In this document: positions 1-15,896 of the stretch, piece after piece | How positions within the stretch are numbered: the stretch's first letter is position 1 | Layout of the letters: every line of letters starts with the position of its first letter | DNA from: the human T2T-CHM13v2.0 reference genome, Homo sapiens | Assembly (NCBI RefSeq): GCF_009914755.1 | Contig: NC_060948.1 | Direction: 5' to 3' (one strand) | Length of the DNA: 64,000 nucleotides | The notes under the pieces: model-generated | The model's input: the letters and a program-made list of their open reading frames with translations, nothing else | Database searches by the model: none | Told to the model about the DNA's origin: nothing | Made by a program: the position numbers and the translations under genes

Positions 1-3000
1 AAAGGCTGGGTGTCGAAAGGAATTGACTCCAATGGAATGGAATTGAATGGAATGGAAGAGAATAGAATCGAACTAAATCGAATGGAATGGAATTGATAGG
101 AACGGAATGGAAAGGAATGCAATCATTTGGCATGGAATGGAATCGAATGGCATCGAATGGAATGGAATGGAATGCAATGGAATGGAATGTATTAGAATGT
201 AATGAACTTTAATGGAATGTACTCGAATGGAATCGACTGGAATGGAATGTTCTGGAAGTGAATGGACTCCAATGGAATGGATTCAAAAGGAATGGAATCG
301 TACGGAATGGAATCTAATGGAATGGAATTAAATGGAAATGAATCAAACTGAATAGAACGGAATTGAATTGAATGGAATCGAATGCAATGGAATCTAATGA
401 AACGGAAAGGAAAGGAATGGAATGGAATGGAATGGGCTGGAATGGAAAGGAATCGAAACGAATGGAATGGAATCGAACTGAAGAGACTGGAATGGAATGC
501 ACTGGATGGAAGGGAGTGTAATGGAAGGTTCTCGAAAAAAATGGAATCGAATGGAATGGAATTGAATGGAACGGAATAGAGTCGAATGGAATTGAATGGA
601 ATGGAATGGACTAGAGTGAAATGGAATCGAACCACAAGGAATGGACAGGAATAGAATGGTCTCGAATTGAATGGAATCGTATGGAATGGCATCAAACGGA
701 ATGGAATGGACAGCCACGGAATGGAATGCACTCGAATGCAATGGAGTCGAAACTAATGGACTGGAATAGAATGGACTCGACTGGTACGGACTCCAATGGA
801 ATGGAATCGAATGGAAGGGAATCGAACGGAATGGACTCGAAGGGAAAAGACTGCAATGGAAAGGTCTCGAATGGAATGGAAATTAATGGAATGGAATGGA
901 TTCGAATGAAATGGAGTCAAAAGGAATGGAATCGAATGGCAAGAAATCGAATGTAATGGAATCGCAAGGAATTGATGTGAACGGAACGGAATGGAATGGA
1001 ATCCAAAGGAATGGAATAGAATGGAATGGAATCGAATGGAAAGGACTCGAATGGAAATCACTCGAATAGAATGCAATTTAATAAAATAGGATCAAATGTA
1101 ATGGAATGGAATGGAAAGGAATCGAAACGAAAGGAATGGAGACAGATGGAATGGAATGGAACAGAGAGCAATGGTATAGAATGGAATGGAATCATCTGGA
1201 ATGGAATTGAATGGAATGGAATAATATGAAATGGAATGGAATGGAATGGAATGGAATGCCCTTGAATTAAATGGACTGGAATGGAATGGACTCGAACAGA
1301 GTGGAATGGAAAGTGTTGAGATAGAATGGAATGGACTCCTTTGGAATGGAGTAGTATGCAATGCAATCGACTGGCAGGGAATCAAAAGGAATGTAATGGA
1401 ATGGATTGGACTGGAATGCAATGGACTCGAATAGATTGGAAACGGAATGCAAAGGAATGGAATGGAATAGTATGGAATGGAATGGAAAGGAATGGAGTGG
1501 AATAGACTAGAGTGGAATGGAATGGACTCGAAAGCAATGGACTGGAATGGAACTTTCTTGAATGGACTGGAATCAAACGGAATGGAATGCAATGCAATCA
1601 AATGGCATGGAATAAAATAGAATGAAAGAGAATCAAATGGAATTGAATCGAATGGAATCGAATGGATTGGAAAGGAATAGAATGGAATGGAATGGAATTG
1701 ACTCAAATGGAATGGACTAGAATGGAATGGATTCAAATGGAAGGCAAAGGAATGGAATCTATTGGAATGGACTGTAATGGAATGGAATGGAAGGGATTGG
1801 AATGGACTCGAATGGAATGGACTGCAATAGAAAGGATTCGAATGGAATGAAAAAGAATTGAATGGAATAGAACAGAATGGAATCAAATCGAATGAAATGG
1901 AATGGAATAGAAAGGAATGGAATGAAATGGAATGGAAAGGATTCGAATGGAATGCAATCGAATGGAATGGAATCGAACGGAATGGAATAAAATGGAAGAA
2001 AACTGGCAAGAAATGGAATCGAAATGAATGGAGTGTTATGGAACGGACTCAAAAGGAATTGAATGTAATAGAATGGAGTGGAGTGGACTCGAATATAATG
2101 GACTGGAATGGAATGAAATCACATGGAATGGGAACGAATGGAATGGAATGGAAAGGAATGGAATCGAATGGAAAGGAATCGAATGGAAGGGAATGAAATT
2201 GAATCAACAGGAATGGAAGAGAATAGAATAGACGGTAATGGAATGGACTCGAATAGAATGGACACGAATGCTCAAATTGAATGGACTCGAATGGAATGGA
2301 AACGAAAGGAATGTCATCGAATGGAATTGAATCGATTGGAATGAAATCGCATAGAATGGAGTGGAATCAAATGGAATTGAATCGAAAGGAAAGGAAGCGA
2401 ATGGACTGAAATGAAATGGAATGGAATTGAATGGAAAGTTATGTAATGGAATAGAATGGAACGAAATTTCACGGAATGCAATCAAACTGAATGGAATCAA
2501 ATCAATGGAATCAAATCAAATGGAATGGAAAGGAATTGAATGGAGTAGATTGGATTGGATGGGATTGGAATGAAATATACTGGAAAGGACTCGAATTTCA
2601 TGAAACGGAATGGAATGAATTGGAACGGAACGGACTCGAATGGAATGGAATGTCATGGAATGGCATCAAATGGAATGGCATCAAATGGAATGGAATCGAA
2701 TGCAATGGAGTGCTATGGAATGGAATGGAATGCATTGGAATGGAATGTCCTCTAATGGACTGGATTCGAGTGGAATGGAATCGAATATAATGGAGTCGAA
2801 TGAAATGGAATTGAAAGGAATGGGATCGAATATAATGGAATATACTGGAATGTAATGTAATGAACTCGAATGTAATTGACTGGAATGGAATGTACATGAA
2901 TGGAATGTAATCGAATGGAAAGTAATCCAATGGAATAGAATCTAATGCAATAAAATCGACTCAGATAGAGTAGAATGTAATGGAATGGAGTGCAGTGCAA

Positions 3001-3548
3001 TGGAATGGAATGGAATGGAATGCAATGGAATGGAATGGAATGGAATGGAATGCAATGGGATGGTGTGGAATGGATAGTAATGGACTGGAGTGAAATGGAC
3101 TGGAAAGGAATGGACTCAAATTGAAAGGGCTCGAAAGGATTGGAGTCAAATGGAATGGTCTGGAATGGAATGAACACGAATGTAATGCAATCCAATAGAA
3201 TGGAATCGAATGGCATGGAATATAAAGAAATGGAATCGAAGAGAATGGAAACAAATGGAATGGAATTGAATGGAATGGAATTGAATGGAATGGGAAGGAA
3301 TGGAGTGAAATTGTATGCAGTAGAAGAGAATAGAATGGAATGCAAGCGAAAGGAAAGGAATGGATTGGAATGGAATGGAATTCATTGGAATGGAAGGGAA
3401 TGTAGTGTAATGGACAGGCCTGGAATAAAGTGGAATGCTACGGTCTCGAATGGAATAAAAATGTATGGAATGGAATGCAATGAAACGGAATCGAATGTCA
3501 TAGAATGTAATGGAATGCAAAAAAATGGAATCCAAAATCATTGACTGG
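1..3548 (+). repeat. DYZ1 unit 1 (3548 bp, phase set by window start)
   Basis: Anchor to anchor. Relative to unit 2 it has a 1-bp deletion near 506 and one extra GGAAT near 1235. Confidence 0.9.
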
Positions 3549-6500
3549 AAAGGCTGGGTGTCGAAAGGAATTGACTCCAATGGAATGGAATCGAATGGAA
3601 TGGAAGTGAATAGAATCGAACTAAATCGAATGGAATGGAATTGATAGGAACGGAATGGAAAGGAATGCAATGATTTGGCATGGAATGCAATCGAATGGCA
3701 TCGAATGGAATGGAATGGAATGCAATGGAATGGAATGTATTAGAATGTAATGAACTTTAATGGTATGTACTCGAATGGATTCGACTGGAATGGAATGTTC
3801 TGGAAGTGAATGGACTCCAATGGAATGGATTCAAAAGGAATGGAATCGTACGGAATGGAATCTAATGGAATGGAATTAAATGGAAATGAATCAAATTGAA
3901 TAGCACGGAATTGAATTGAATGGAATGGAATGCAATGGAATCTAATGAAACGGAAAGGAAAGGAATGGAATGGAATGGAATGGGCTGGAATGGAAAGGAA
4001 TCGAAACGAATGGAATGGAATCGAAGTGAAGAGACTGGAATGGAATGCACTGGAATGGAAGGGAGTGTAATGGAAGGTTCTCGAAAAAAATGGAATCGAA
4101 TGGAATGGAATTGAATGGAACGGAATAGAGTCGAATGGAATTGAATGGAATGGAATGGACTAGAGTGAAATGGAATCGAACCACAAGGAATGGAGAGGAA
4201 TAGAATGGTCTCGAATTGAATGGAATCGTATGGAATGGCATCAAACGGAATGGAATGGACAGCCACGGAATGGAATGCACTCGAATGCAATGGAGTCGAA
4301 ACTAATGGACTGGAATAGAATGGACTCGACTGGTACGGACTCCAATGGAATGGAATCGAATGGAAGGGAATCGAACGGAATGGACTCGAAGGGAAAAGAC
4401 TGCAATGGAAAGGTCTCGAATGGAATGGAAATTAATGGAATGGAATGGAATCGAATGAAATGGAGTCAAAAGGAATGGAATCGAATGGCAAGAAATCGAA
4501 TGTAATGGAATCGCAAGGAATTGATGTGAACGGAACGGAATGGAATGGAATCCAAAGGAATGGAATAGAATGGAATGGAATCGAATGGAAAGGACTCGAA
4601 TGGAAATCACTCGAATAGAATGCAATTTAATAAAATAGGATCAAATGTAATGGAATGGAATGGAAAGGAATCGAAACGAAAGGAATGGAGACAGATGGAA
4701 TGGAATGGAACAGAGAGCAATGGTATAGAATGGAATGGAATCATCTGGAATGGAATTGAATGGAATGGAATAACATGAAATGGACTGGAATGGAATGGAA
4801 TGCCCTTGAATTAAATGGACTGGAATGGAATGGACTCGAACAGAGTGGAATGGAAAGTGTTGAAATAGAATGGAATGGACTGGTTTGGAATGGTCTAGTA
4901 TGCAATGCAATCGACTGGCAGGGAATCAAAAGGAATGTAATCGAATGGATTGGACTGGAATGCAATGGACTCGAATAGATTGGAAACGGAATGCAAAGGA
5001 ATGGAATGGAATAGTATGGAATGGAATGGAAAGGAATGGAGTGGAATAGACTAGAGTGGAATGGAATGGACTCGAAAGCAATGGACTGGAATGGAACTTT
5101 CTTGAATGGACTGGAATCAAACGGAATGGAATGCAATGCAATCAAATGGCATGGAATAAAATAGAATGAAAGAGAATCAAATGGAATTGAATCGAATGGA
5201 ATCGAATGGATTGGAAAGGAATAGAATGGAATGGAATGGAATTGACTCAAATGGAATGGACTAGAATGGAATGGATTCGAATGGAAGGCAAAGGAATGGA
5301 ATCTATTGGAATGGACTGTAATGGAATGGAATGGAAGGGATTGGAATGGACTCGAATGGAATGGACTGCAATAGAAAGGATTCGAATGGAATGAAAAAGA
5401 ATTGAATGGAATAGAACAGAATGGAATCAAATCGAATGAAATGGAATGGAATAGAAAGGAATGGAATGAAATGGAATGGAAAGGATTCGAATGGAATGCA
5501 ATCGAATGGAATGGAATCGAACGGAATGGAATAAAATGGAAGAAAACTGGCAAGAAATGGAATCGAAATGAATGGAGTGTTATGGAACGGACTCAAAAGG
5601 AATTGAATGTAATAGAATGGAGTGGAGTGGACTCGAATATAATGGACTGGAATGGAATGAAATCACATGGAATGGGAACGAATGGAATGGAATGGAAAGG
5701 AATGGAATCGAATGGAAAGGAATCGAATGGAAGGGAATGAAATTGAATCAACAGGAATGGAAGGGAATAGAATAGACGGTAATGGAATGGACTCGAATAG
5801 AATGGACACAAATGCTCAAATTGAATGGACTCGAATGCAATGGAAACGAAAGGAATGTCATCGAATGGAATTGAATCGATTGGAATGAAATCGCATAGAA
5901 TGGAGTGGAATCAAATGGAATTGAATCGAAAGGAAAGGAAGCGAATGGACTGAAATGAAATGGAATGGAATTGAATGGAAAGTTATGTAATGGAATAGAA
6001 TGGAACGAAATTTCAGGGAATACAATCAAACTGAATGGAATCAAATCAATGGAATCAAATCAAATGGAATGGAAAGGAATTGAATGGAGTAGATTGGATT
6101 GGATGGGATTGGAATGAAATGTACTGGAAAGGACTCGAATTTCATGAAACGGAATGGAATGAATTGGAACGGAACGGACTCGAATGGAATGGAATGTCAT
6201 GGAATGGCATCAAATGGAATGGCATCAAATGGAATGGAATCGAATGCAATGGAGTGCTATGGAATGGAATGGAATGCATTGGAATGGAATGTCCTCTAAT
6301 GGAATGGATTCGAGTGGAATGGAATCGAATATAATGGAGTCGAATGAAATGGAATTGAAAGGAATGGGATCGAATACAATGGAATATACTGGAATGTAAT
6401 GTAATGAACACGAATGTAATTGACTGGAATGGAATGTACATGAATGGAATGTAATTGAATGGAAAGTAATCCAATGGAATAGAATCTAATGCAATAAAAT

Positions 6501-7092
6501 CGACTCAGATAGAGTAGAATGTAATGGAATGGAGTGCAGTGCAATGGAATGGAATGGAATGGAATACAATGGAATGGAATGGAATGGAATGGAATGGGAT
6601 GGAATGGTGTGGAATGGATAGTAATGGACTGGAGTGAAATGGACTGGAAAGGAATGGACTCAAATTGAAAGGGCTCGAAAGGAATGGAGTCAAATGGAAT
6701 GGTCTGGAATGGAATGAACACGAATGTAATGCAATCCAATAGAATGGAATCGAATGGCATGGAATATAAAGAAATGGAATCGAAGAGAATGGAAACAAAT
6801 GGAATGGAATTGAATGGAATGGAATTGAATGGAATGGGAACGAATGGAGTGAAATTGTATGCAGTAGAAGAGAATAGAATGGAATGCAAGCGAAAGGAAA
6901 GGAATGGATTGGAATGGAATGGAATTCATTGGAATGGAAGGGAATGTAGTGTAATGGACAGGCCTGGAATAAAGTGGAATGCTACGGTCTCGAATGGAAT
7001 AAAAATGTATTGAATGGAATGCAATGAAACGGAATCGAATGTCATAGAATGTAATGGAATGCAAAAAAATGGAATCCAAAATCATTGACTGG
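3549..7092 (+). repeat. DYZ1 unit 2 (3544 bp)
   Basis: Anchor to anchor. The ORF track also repeats at a 3544 offset (4170->7714, 5206->8750). Confidence 0.9.
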
Positions 7093-10015
7093 AAAGGCTG
7101 GGTGTCGAAAGGAATTGACTCCAATGGAATGGAATCGAATGGAATGGAAGTGAATAGAATCGAACTAAATCGAATGGAATGGAATTGATAGGAACGGAAT
7201 GGAAAGGAATGCAATGATTTGGCATGGAATGCAATCGAATGGCATCGAATGGAATGGAATGGAATGCAATGGAATGGAATGTATTAGAATGTAATGAACT
7301 TTAATGGAATGTACTCGAATGGATTCGACTGGAATGGAATGTTCTGGAAGTGAATGGACTCCAATGGAATGGATTCAAAAGGAATGGAATCGTACGGAAT
7401 GGAATCTAATGGAATGGAATTAAATGGAAATGAATCAAATTGAATAGCACGGAATTGAATTGAGTGGAATCGAATGCAATGGAATCTAATGAAACGGAAA
7501 GGAAAGGAATGGAATGGAATGGAATGGGCTGGAATGGAAAGGAATCGAAACGAATGGAATGGAATCGAACTGAAGAGACTGGAATGGAATGCACTGGAAT
7601 GGAAGGGAGTGTAATGGAAGGTTGTCGAAAAAAATGGAATCGAATGGAATGGAATTGAATGGAACGGAATAGAGTCGAATGGAATTGAATGGAATGGAAT
7701 GGACTAGAGTGAAATGGAATCGAACCACAAGGAATGGACAGGAATAGAATGGTCTCGAATTGAATGGAATCGTATGGAATGGCATCAAACGGAATGGAAT
7801 GGACAGCCACGGAATGGAATGCACTCGAATGCAATGGAGTCGAAACTAATGGACTGGAATAGAATGGACTCGACTGGTACGGACTCCAATGGAATGGAAT
7901 CGAATGGAAGGGAATCGAACGGAATGGACTCGAAGGGAAAAGACTGCAATGGAGAGGTCTCGAATGGAATGGAAATTAATGGAATGGAATGGAATCGAAT
8001 GAAATGGAGTCAAAAGGAATGGAATCGAATGGCAAGAAATCGAATGTAATGGAATCGCAAGGAATTGATGTGAACGGAACGGAATGGAATGGAATCCAAA
8101 GGAATGGAATAGAATGGAATGGAATCGAATGGAAAGGACTCGAATGGAAATCACTCGAATAGAATGCAATTTAATAAAATAGGATCAAATGTAATGGAAT
8201 GGAATGGAAAGGAATCGAAACGAAAGGAATGGAGACAGATGGAACGGAATGGAACAGAGAGCAATGGTATAGAATGGAATGGAATCATCTGGAATGGAAT
8301 TGAATGGAATGGAATAACATGAAATGGACTGGAATGGAATGGAATGCCCTTGAATTAAATGGACTGGAATGGAATGGACTCGAACAGAGTGGAATGGAAA
8401 GTGTTGAAATAGAATGGAATGGACTGGTTTGGAATGGTCTAGTATGCAATGCAATCGACTGGCAGGGAATCAAAAGGAATGTAATCGAATGGATTGGACT
8501 GGAATGCAATGGACTCGAATAGATTGGAAACGGAATGCAAAGGAATGGAATGGAATAGTATGGAATGGAATGGAAAGGAATGGAGTGGAATAGACTAGAG
8601 TGGAATGGAATGGACTCGAAAGCAATGGACTGGAATGGAACTTTCCTGAATGGACTGGAATCAAACGGAATGGAATGCAATGCAATCAAATGGCATGGAA
8701 TAAAATAGAATGAAAGAGAATCAAATGGAATTGAATCGAATGGAATCGAATGGATTGGAAAGGAATAGAATGGAATGGAATGGAATTGACTCAAATGGAA
8801 TGGACTAGAATGGAATGGATTCGAATGGAAGGCAAAGGAATGGAATCTATTGGAATGGACTGTAATGGAATGGAATGGAAGGGATTGGAATGGACTCGAA
8901 TGGAATGGACTGCAATAGAAAGGATTCGAATGGAATGAAAAAGAATTGAATGGAATAGAACAGAATGGAATCAAATCGAATGAAATGGAATGGAATAGAA
9001 AGGAATGGAATGAAATGGAATGGAAAGGATTCGAATGGAATGCAATCGAATGGAATGGAATCGAACGCAATGGAATAAAATGGAAGAAAACTGGCAAGAA
9101 ATGGAATCGAAATGAATGGAGTGTTATGGAACGGACTCAAAAGGAATTGAATGTAATAGAATGGAGTGGAGTGGACTCGAATATAATGGACTGGAATGGA
9201 ATGAAATCACATGGAATGGGAACGAATGGAATGGAATGGAAAGGAATGGAATCGAATGGAAAGGAATCGAATGGAAGGGAATGAAATTGAATCAACAGGA
9301 ATGGAAGGGAATAGAATAGACGGTAATGGAATGGACTCGAATAGAATGGACACGAATGCTCAAATTGAATGGACTCGAATGGAATGGAAACGAAAGGAAT
9401 GTCATCGAATGGAATTGAATCGATTGGAATGAAATCGCATAGAATGGAGTGGAATCAAATGGAATTGAATCGAAAGGAAAGGAAGCGAATGGACTGAAAT
9501 GAAATGGAATGGAATTGAATGGAAAGTAATGCAATGGAATAGAATGGAACGAAATTTCACGGAATGGAATCAAACTGAATGGAATCAAATCAATGGAATC
9601 AAGTCAAATGGAATGGAAAGGAATTGAATGGAGTAGATTGGATTGGATGGGATTGGAATGAAATGTACTGGAAAGGACTCGAATTTCATGAAACGGAATG
9701 GAATGAATTGGAACGGAATGGACTCGAATGGAATGGAATGTCATGGAATGGCATCAAATGGAATGGCATCAAATGGAATGGAATCGAATGTAATGGAATG
9801 GAATGCATTGGAATGGAATGTCCTCTAATGGAATGGATTTGAGTGGAATGGAATCGAATATAATGGAGTCGAATGAAATGGAATTGAAAGGAATGGGATC
9901 GAATACAATGGAATATACTGGAATGTAATGTAATGAACTCGAATGTATTTGACTGGAATGGAATGTACATGAATGGAATGTAATCGAATGGAAAGTAATC
10001 CAATGCAATAGAATC
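7093..10015 (+). repeat. DYZ1 unit 3, truncated at the DYZ2 junction
   Basis: Collinear with unit 1 up to ...AATAGAATC (equivalent to 2942). The last ~600 bp, including the EcoRI and HaeIII sites, are absent. Confidence 0.9.
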
Positions 10016-10742
10016 ATATATGATATATAATATATGTATAATATTCTTTTACATCCTGCATCTTATGTTATATATATTGTATAAAATATAATAATTGATT
10101 ATATATACTTTTATAACATAATTTACATAAAATATCATAATATAATATATATTATATTATTTCATATTACATAATATATATTACATATCACCCAATATAA
10201 GTAACATACATAATATTATAATATAGATTATATTATGTTATATTAAATATCATATATATTATGTATCATATATTCTATAATATATATTATACATTATATA
10301 ATATGTATGTTGTCTATTATGTGATATATATAACTATACATATAATTATATTATTATACGAATAACTAGATAAACATGTAATTCTACATATTTTCATTTA
10401 TAATATATAGAATTATATAATCATATATAATTATGTATATTCTATAAAAAATTATATCATTATATAAATTATAATATATAAAAATTATAATATGTACTAC
10501 AAATATATATATTATATATCATATATGATATAGTACCTTTGTTATATATCATAATACATATAAATGTGTATTATGTTATCTATAATTATATAATTTCATA
10601 TATAAGTTGTATAATATGTATTATATATTATATATGTTATGTAATATATATAGTATATATAAGATGACACAGGATAAATATTATATACTATGACATATAA
10701 GATATATGAGGTTATATGTTTCATATAAGGCATAGCACATAA

Positions 10743-11057
<315 letters not shown>

Positions 11058-11625
11058 AGATCCATATTTTTTAAATGAAAAAAAATTTCAAAGGTACTCT
11101 GCTTGGTACAATAATCAAATGTATAAACTGAGGAATAAAACATAACCATGAAACCTACTTATAACTGCATATGGAAAATACAGAGGATAATTTTTTAAAT
11201 AACATATTGTTAAAGCCTTAACTAGTAATTTGAAGAGTTGGCATTTGAAAGGCCAGTATGAATATACCTTCACAGCAGCAACACAGGTTCCCCATGAGAA
11301 AAAGCAAACTCAGGGAAAATAAAACCACAAAGGTTCAATCTCTTCTGACCTTTGAAAGACACAGCACAGACAGTGGTCCTTAGGACGAAGAGCAGGAGAC
11401 CCCTAATTCCGTCACCATGGCGATAGGGCATAAACATTGCTGGGTAAGGGCACAATCCACATTGTGAGCTCCAACTGCTGCCAGGAAGACAGCAGTGCTT
11501 TTACATAGACCGAAAGGTCATTGAAGGCTCAGAGTTTTGTTTCAAGAACTGAATCCCAAGCCCACACGTTATTAGGCTGCGCTTCTTAAAACAAGTTATG
11601 AGATGGGAAAAAGGGCACCCACATA
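11058..11625. repeat. HSATI segment of DYZ2 (representative; follows every Alu copy)
   Basis: ~560 bp of mixed-composition, non-periodic sequence between the Alu end and the AT-rich domain, nearly identical in all 22 copies. The right boundary is approximate. The name comes from the known DYZ2 composite structure. Confidence 0.8.
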
Positions 11626-13477
<1,852 letters not shown>

Positions 13478-15581
13478 AGATCCATATTTTTTAAATGAAA
13501 AAAAATTTCAAAGGTACTCTGCTTGGTACAATAATCAAAAGTATAAACTGAGGAATAAAACATAACCATGAAACCTACTTATAACTGCATATGGAAAATA
13601 CAGAGGATAATTTTTTAAATAACATATTTTGAAAGCCTTAACTAGTAATTTGAAGAGTTGGCATTTGAAAGGCCAGTATGAATATACCTTCAAAGCAGCA
13701 ACACAGGTTCCCCATGAGAAAAAGCAAACTCAGGGAAAATAAAACCACAAAGGTTCAATCTCTTCTGACCTTTGAAAGACACAGCACAGACAGTGGTCCT
13801 TAGGACGAAGAGCAGGAGACCCCTAATTCCGTCACCATGGCGATAGGGCATAAACATTGCTGGGTGAGGGCACAATCCACATTGTGAGGTCCAAGTGCTG
13901 CCAGGAAGACAGGAGTGCTTTTACATAGACCGAAAGGTCATTGAAGGCTCAGAGTTTTGTTTCAAGAACTGAATCCCAAGCCCACACGTTATTAGGCTGC
14001 GCGTCTTAAAACAAGTTATGAGATGGGAAAAAGAGCACCCACAAACATACGTATACATTATGTATATAATAATATACAGTATCATATATATAATATATAT
14101 AACCTATGTATAATATTGTTTTACATCCTGCATCTTATGTTATATATATTGTATAAAATATAATAATTGATAATATATAAGTTTTATATTTATACAATAT
14201 GACATATAGTATATATTATAATTTATGACATATATAATATATGTTATATATCATATATAGAATATATTATACGGTTAATATACTTATTAAATATAAATTA
14301 TACATTATATATATTATATATAATATATCTGTTATATATAATACCCATTATGCATAATATATATATTATGTCTATGTTATATATAGTATAAAACAACATA
14401 TAATAATATATAATTGTATACATAAAATGCGACATATAATATATATTATATTTTATGACATATGTAATATATATTATATATTATATATAATGCGTTGTAT
14501 GTATAATACGTATATTAAATATATATTACATGACTATGTTATTAATTACATGTCACATGTGTTATATATTATTTATTTTACATAGAATATACCGGTTACA
14601 TACAATATATAGTATGTTACCTATAATGTATAATTTATTACATGTAAAATAAAGAATGCAATATATTATGCATAATTTATAATATACAATATGTGGAATG
14701 TGATATATATAACATATAATATATGATATATGATATAGAGTATATGATATATAACATACAATATATGATACCTAATATATATGATATACAATATATATTT
14801 TATGATATGTATTCTATATGTTTTATATTCTGTTATATATAACTATTTGAAATTATATATAACTGTATAATATTTTATGTAAATATGTAATATAATATAT
14901 ATAACTATATAATATATTATATATAACTACATATTATGTTATATATACTTTTATAACATAATTTACATAAAATATCATAATATAATATATATTATATTAT
15001 TTCATATTACATAATATATATTACATATCACCCAATATAAGTAACATACATAATATTATAATATAGATTATATTATGTTATATTAAATATCATATATATC
15101 ATGTATCATATAATCTATAATATATATTATACATTATATAATATGTATGTTGTCTATTATGTGATATATATAACTATATATATAATTATATTATTATACA
15201 TATAACTAGATAAACATGTAATTCTACATATTTTCATTTATAATGTATAGAATTATATAATCATATAAATTATTTATATTCTATAAAAAATTATATCATT
15301 ATATAAATTATAATATATAAAAATTATAATATGTACTACAAATATATATATTATATATCATATATGATATAGTACCTTTGTTATATATCATAATACATAT
15401 AAATGTGTATTATGTTATCTATAATTATATAATTTCATATATAAGATGTATAATATTTATTATATATTATATATGTTATGTAATATATATAGTATATATA
15501 AGATGATACAGGATAAATATTATATACTATGACATATAAAATATATGAGGTTATATGTTACATATAAGGCATAGCACATAA

Positions 15582-15896
<315 letters not shown>

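Larger units (their letters stand above)
1..10015 (+). repeat. DYZ1: Human satellite 3 (HSat3) DYZ1 array, diverged (GGAAT)n with ~3.54-kb higher-order unit; open at left edge
   Basis: GGAAT pentamers and variants (CGAAT, GGACT, GCAAT) throughout. Anchor AAAGGCTGGGTGTCGAAAGG recurs at 1, 3549 and 7093. HaeIII GGCC at 3417 and 6961 and EcoRI GAATTC at 3378 and 6922 are 3544 bp apart, matching the classical male-specific ~3.4-3.6-kb HaeIII/EcoRI repeat. Confidence 0.97.

Noticed and set aside
192-10017. Many ORFs (MEWNG.../HSIPF... peptides, up to 305 aa)
   Set aside because: They are translations of the GGAAT/ATTCC pentamer, which lacks stop codons. They are open in overlapping frames on both strands and change with pentamer indels.
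11376-11390. GTCC-TTA-GGAC-GAAG hairpin resembling hammerhead ribozyme stem II (some satellites encode hammerheads)
   Set aside because: The upstream core is GACAGTG rather than CTGANGA, the downstream is GAAG rather than GAAA, and I see no stems I/III. An Infernal search with Rfam hammerhead models would settle it.
11270-11455. 61-aa minus-strand ORF repeated in nearly every DYZ2 unit, plus the 70-71-aa neighbours
   Set aside because: Non-ATG start for the 61-aa ORF, no recognisable domain, and many amino-acid-changing variants. It is absent from the track in unit 22. Recurrence simply reflects tandem repetition.
11508-11519. GACC-GAAA-GGTC GNRA tetraloop hairpin
   Set aside because: Only a 4-bp stem, expected by chance. 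The loop G is mutated in units 14 and 21, and no larger fold is evident.
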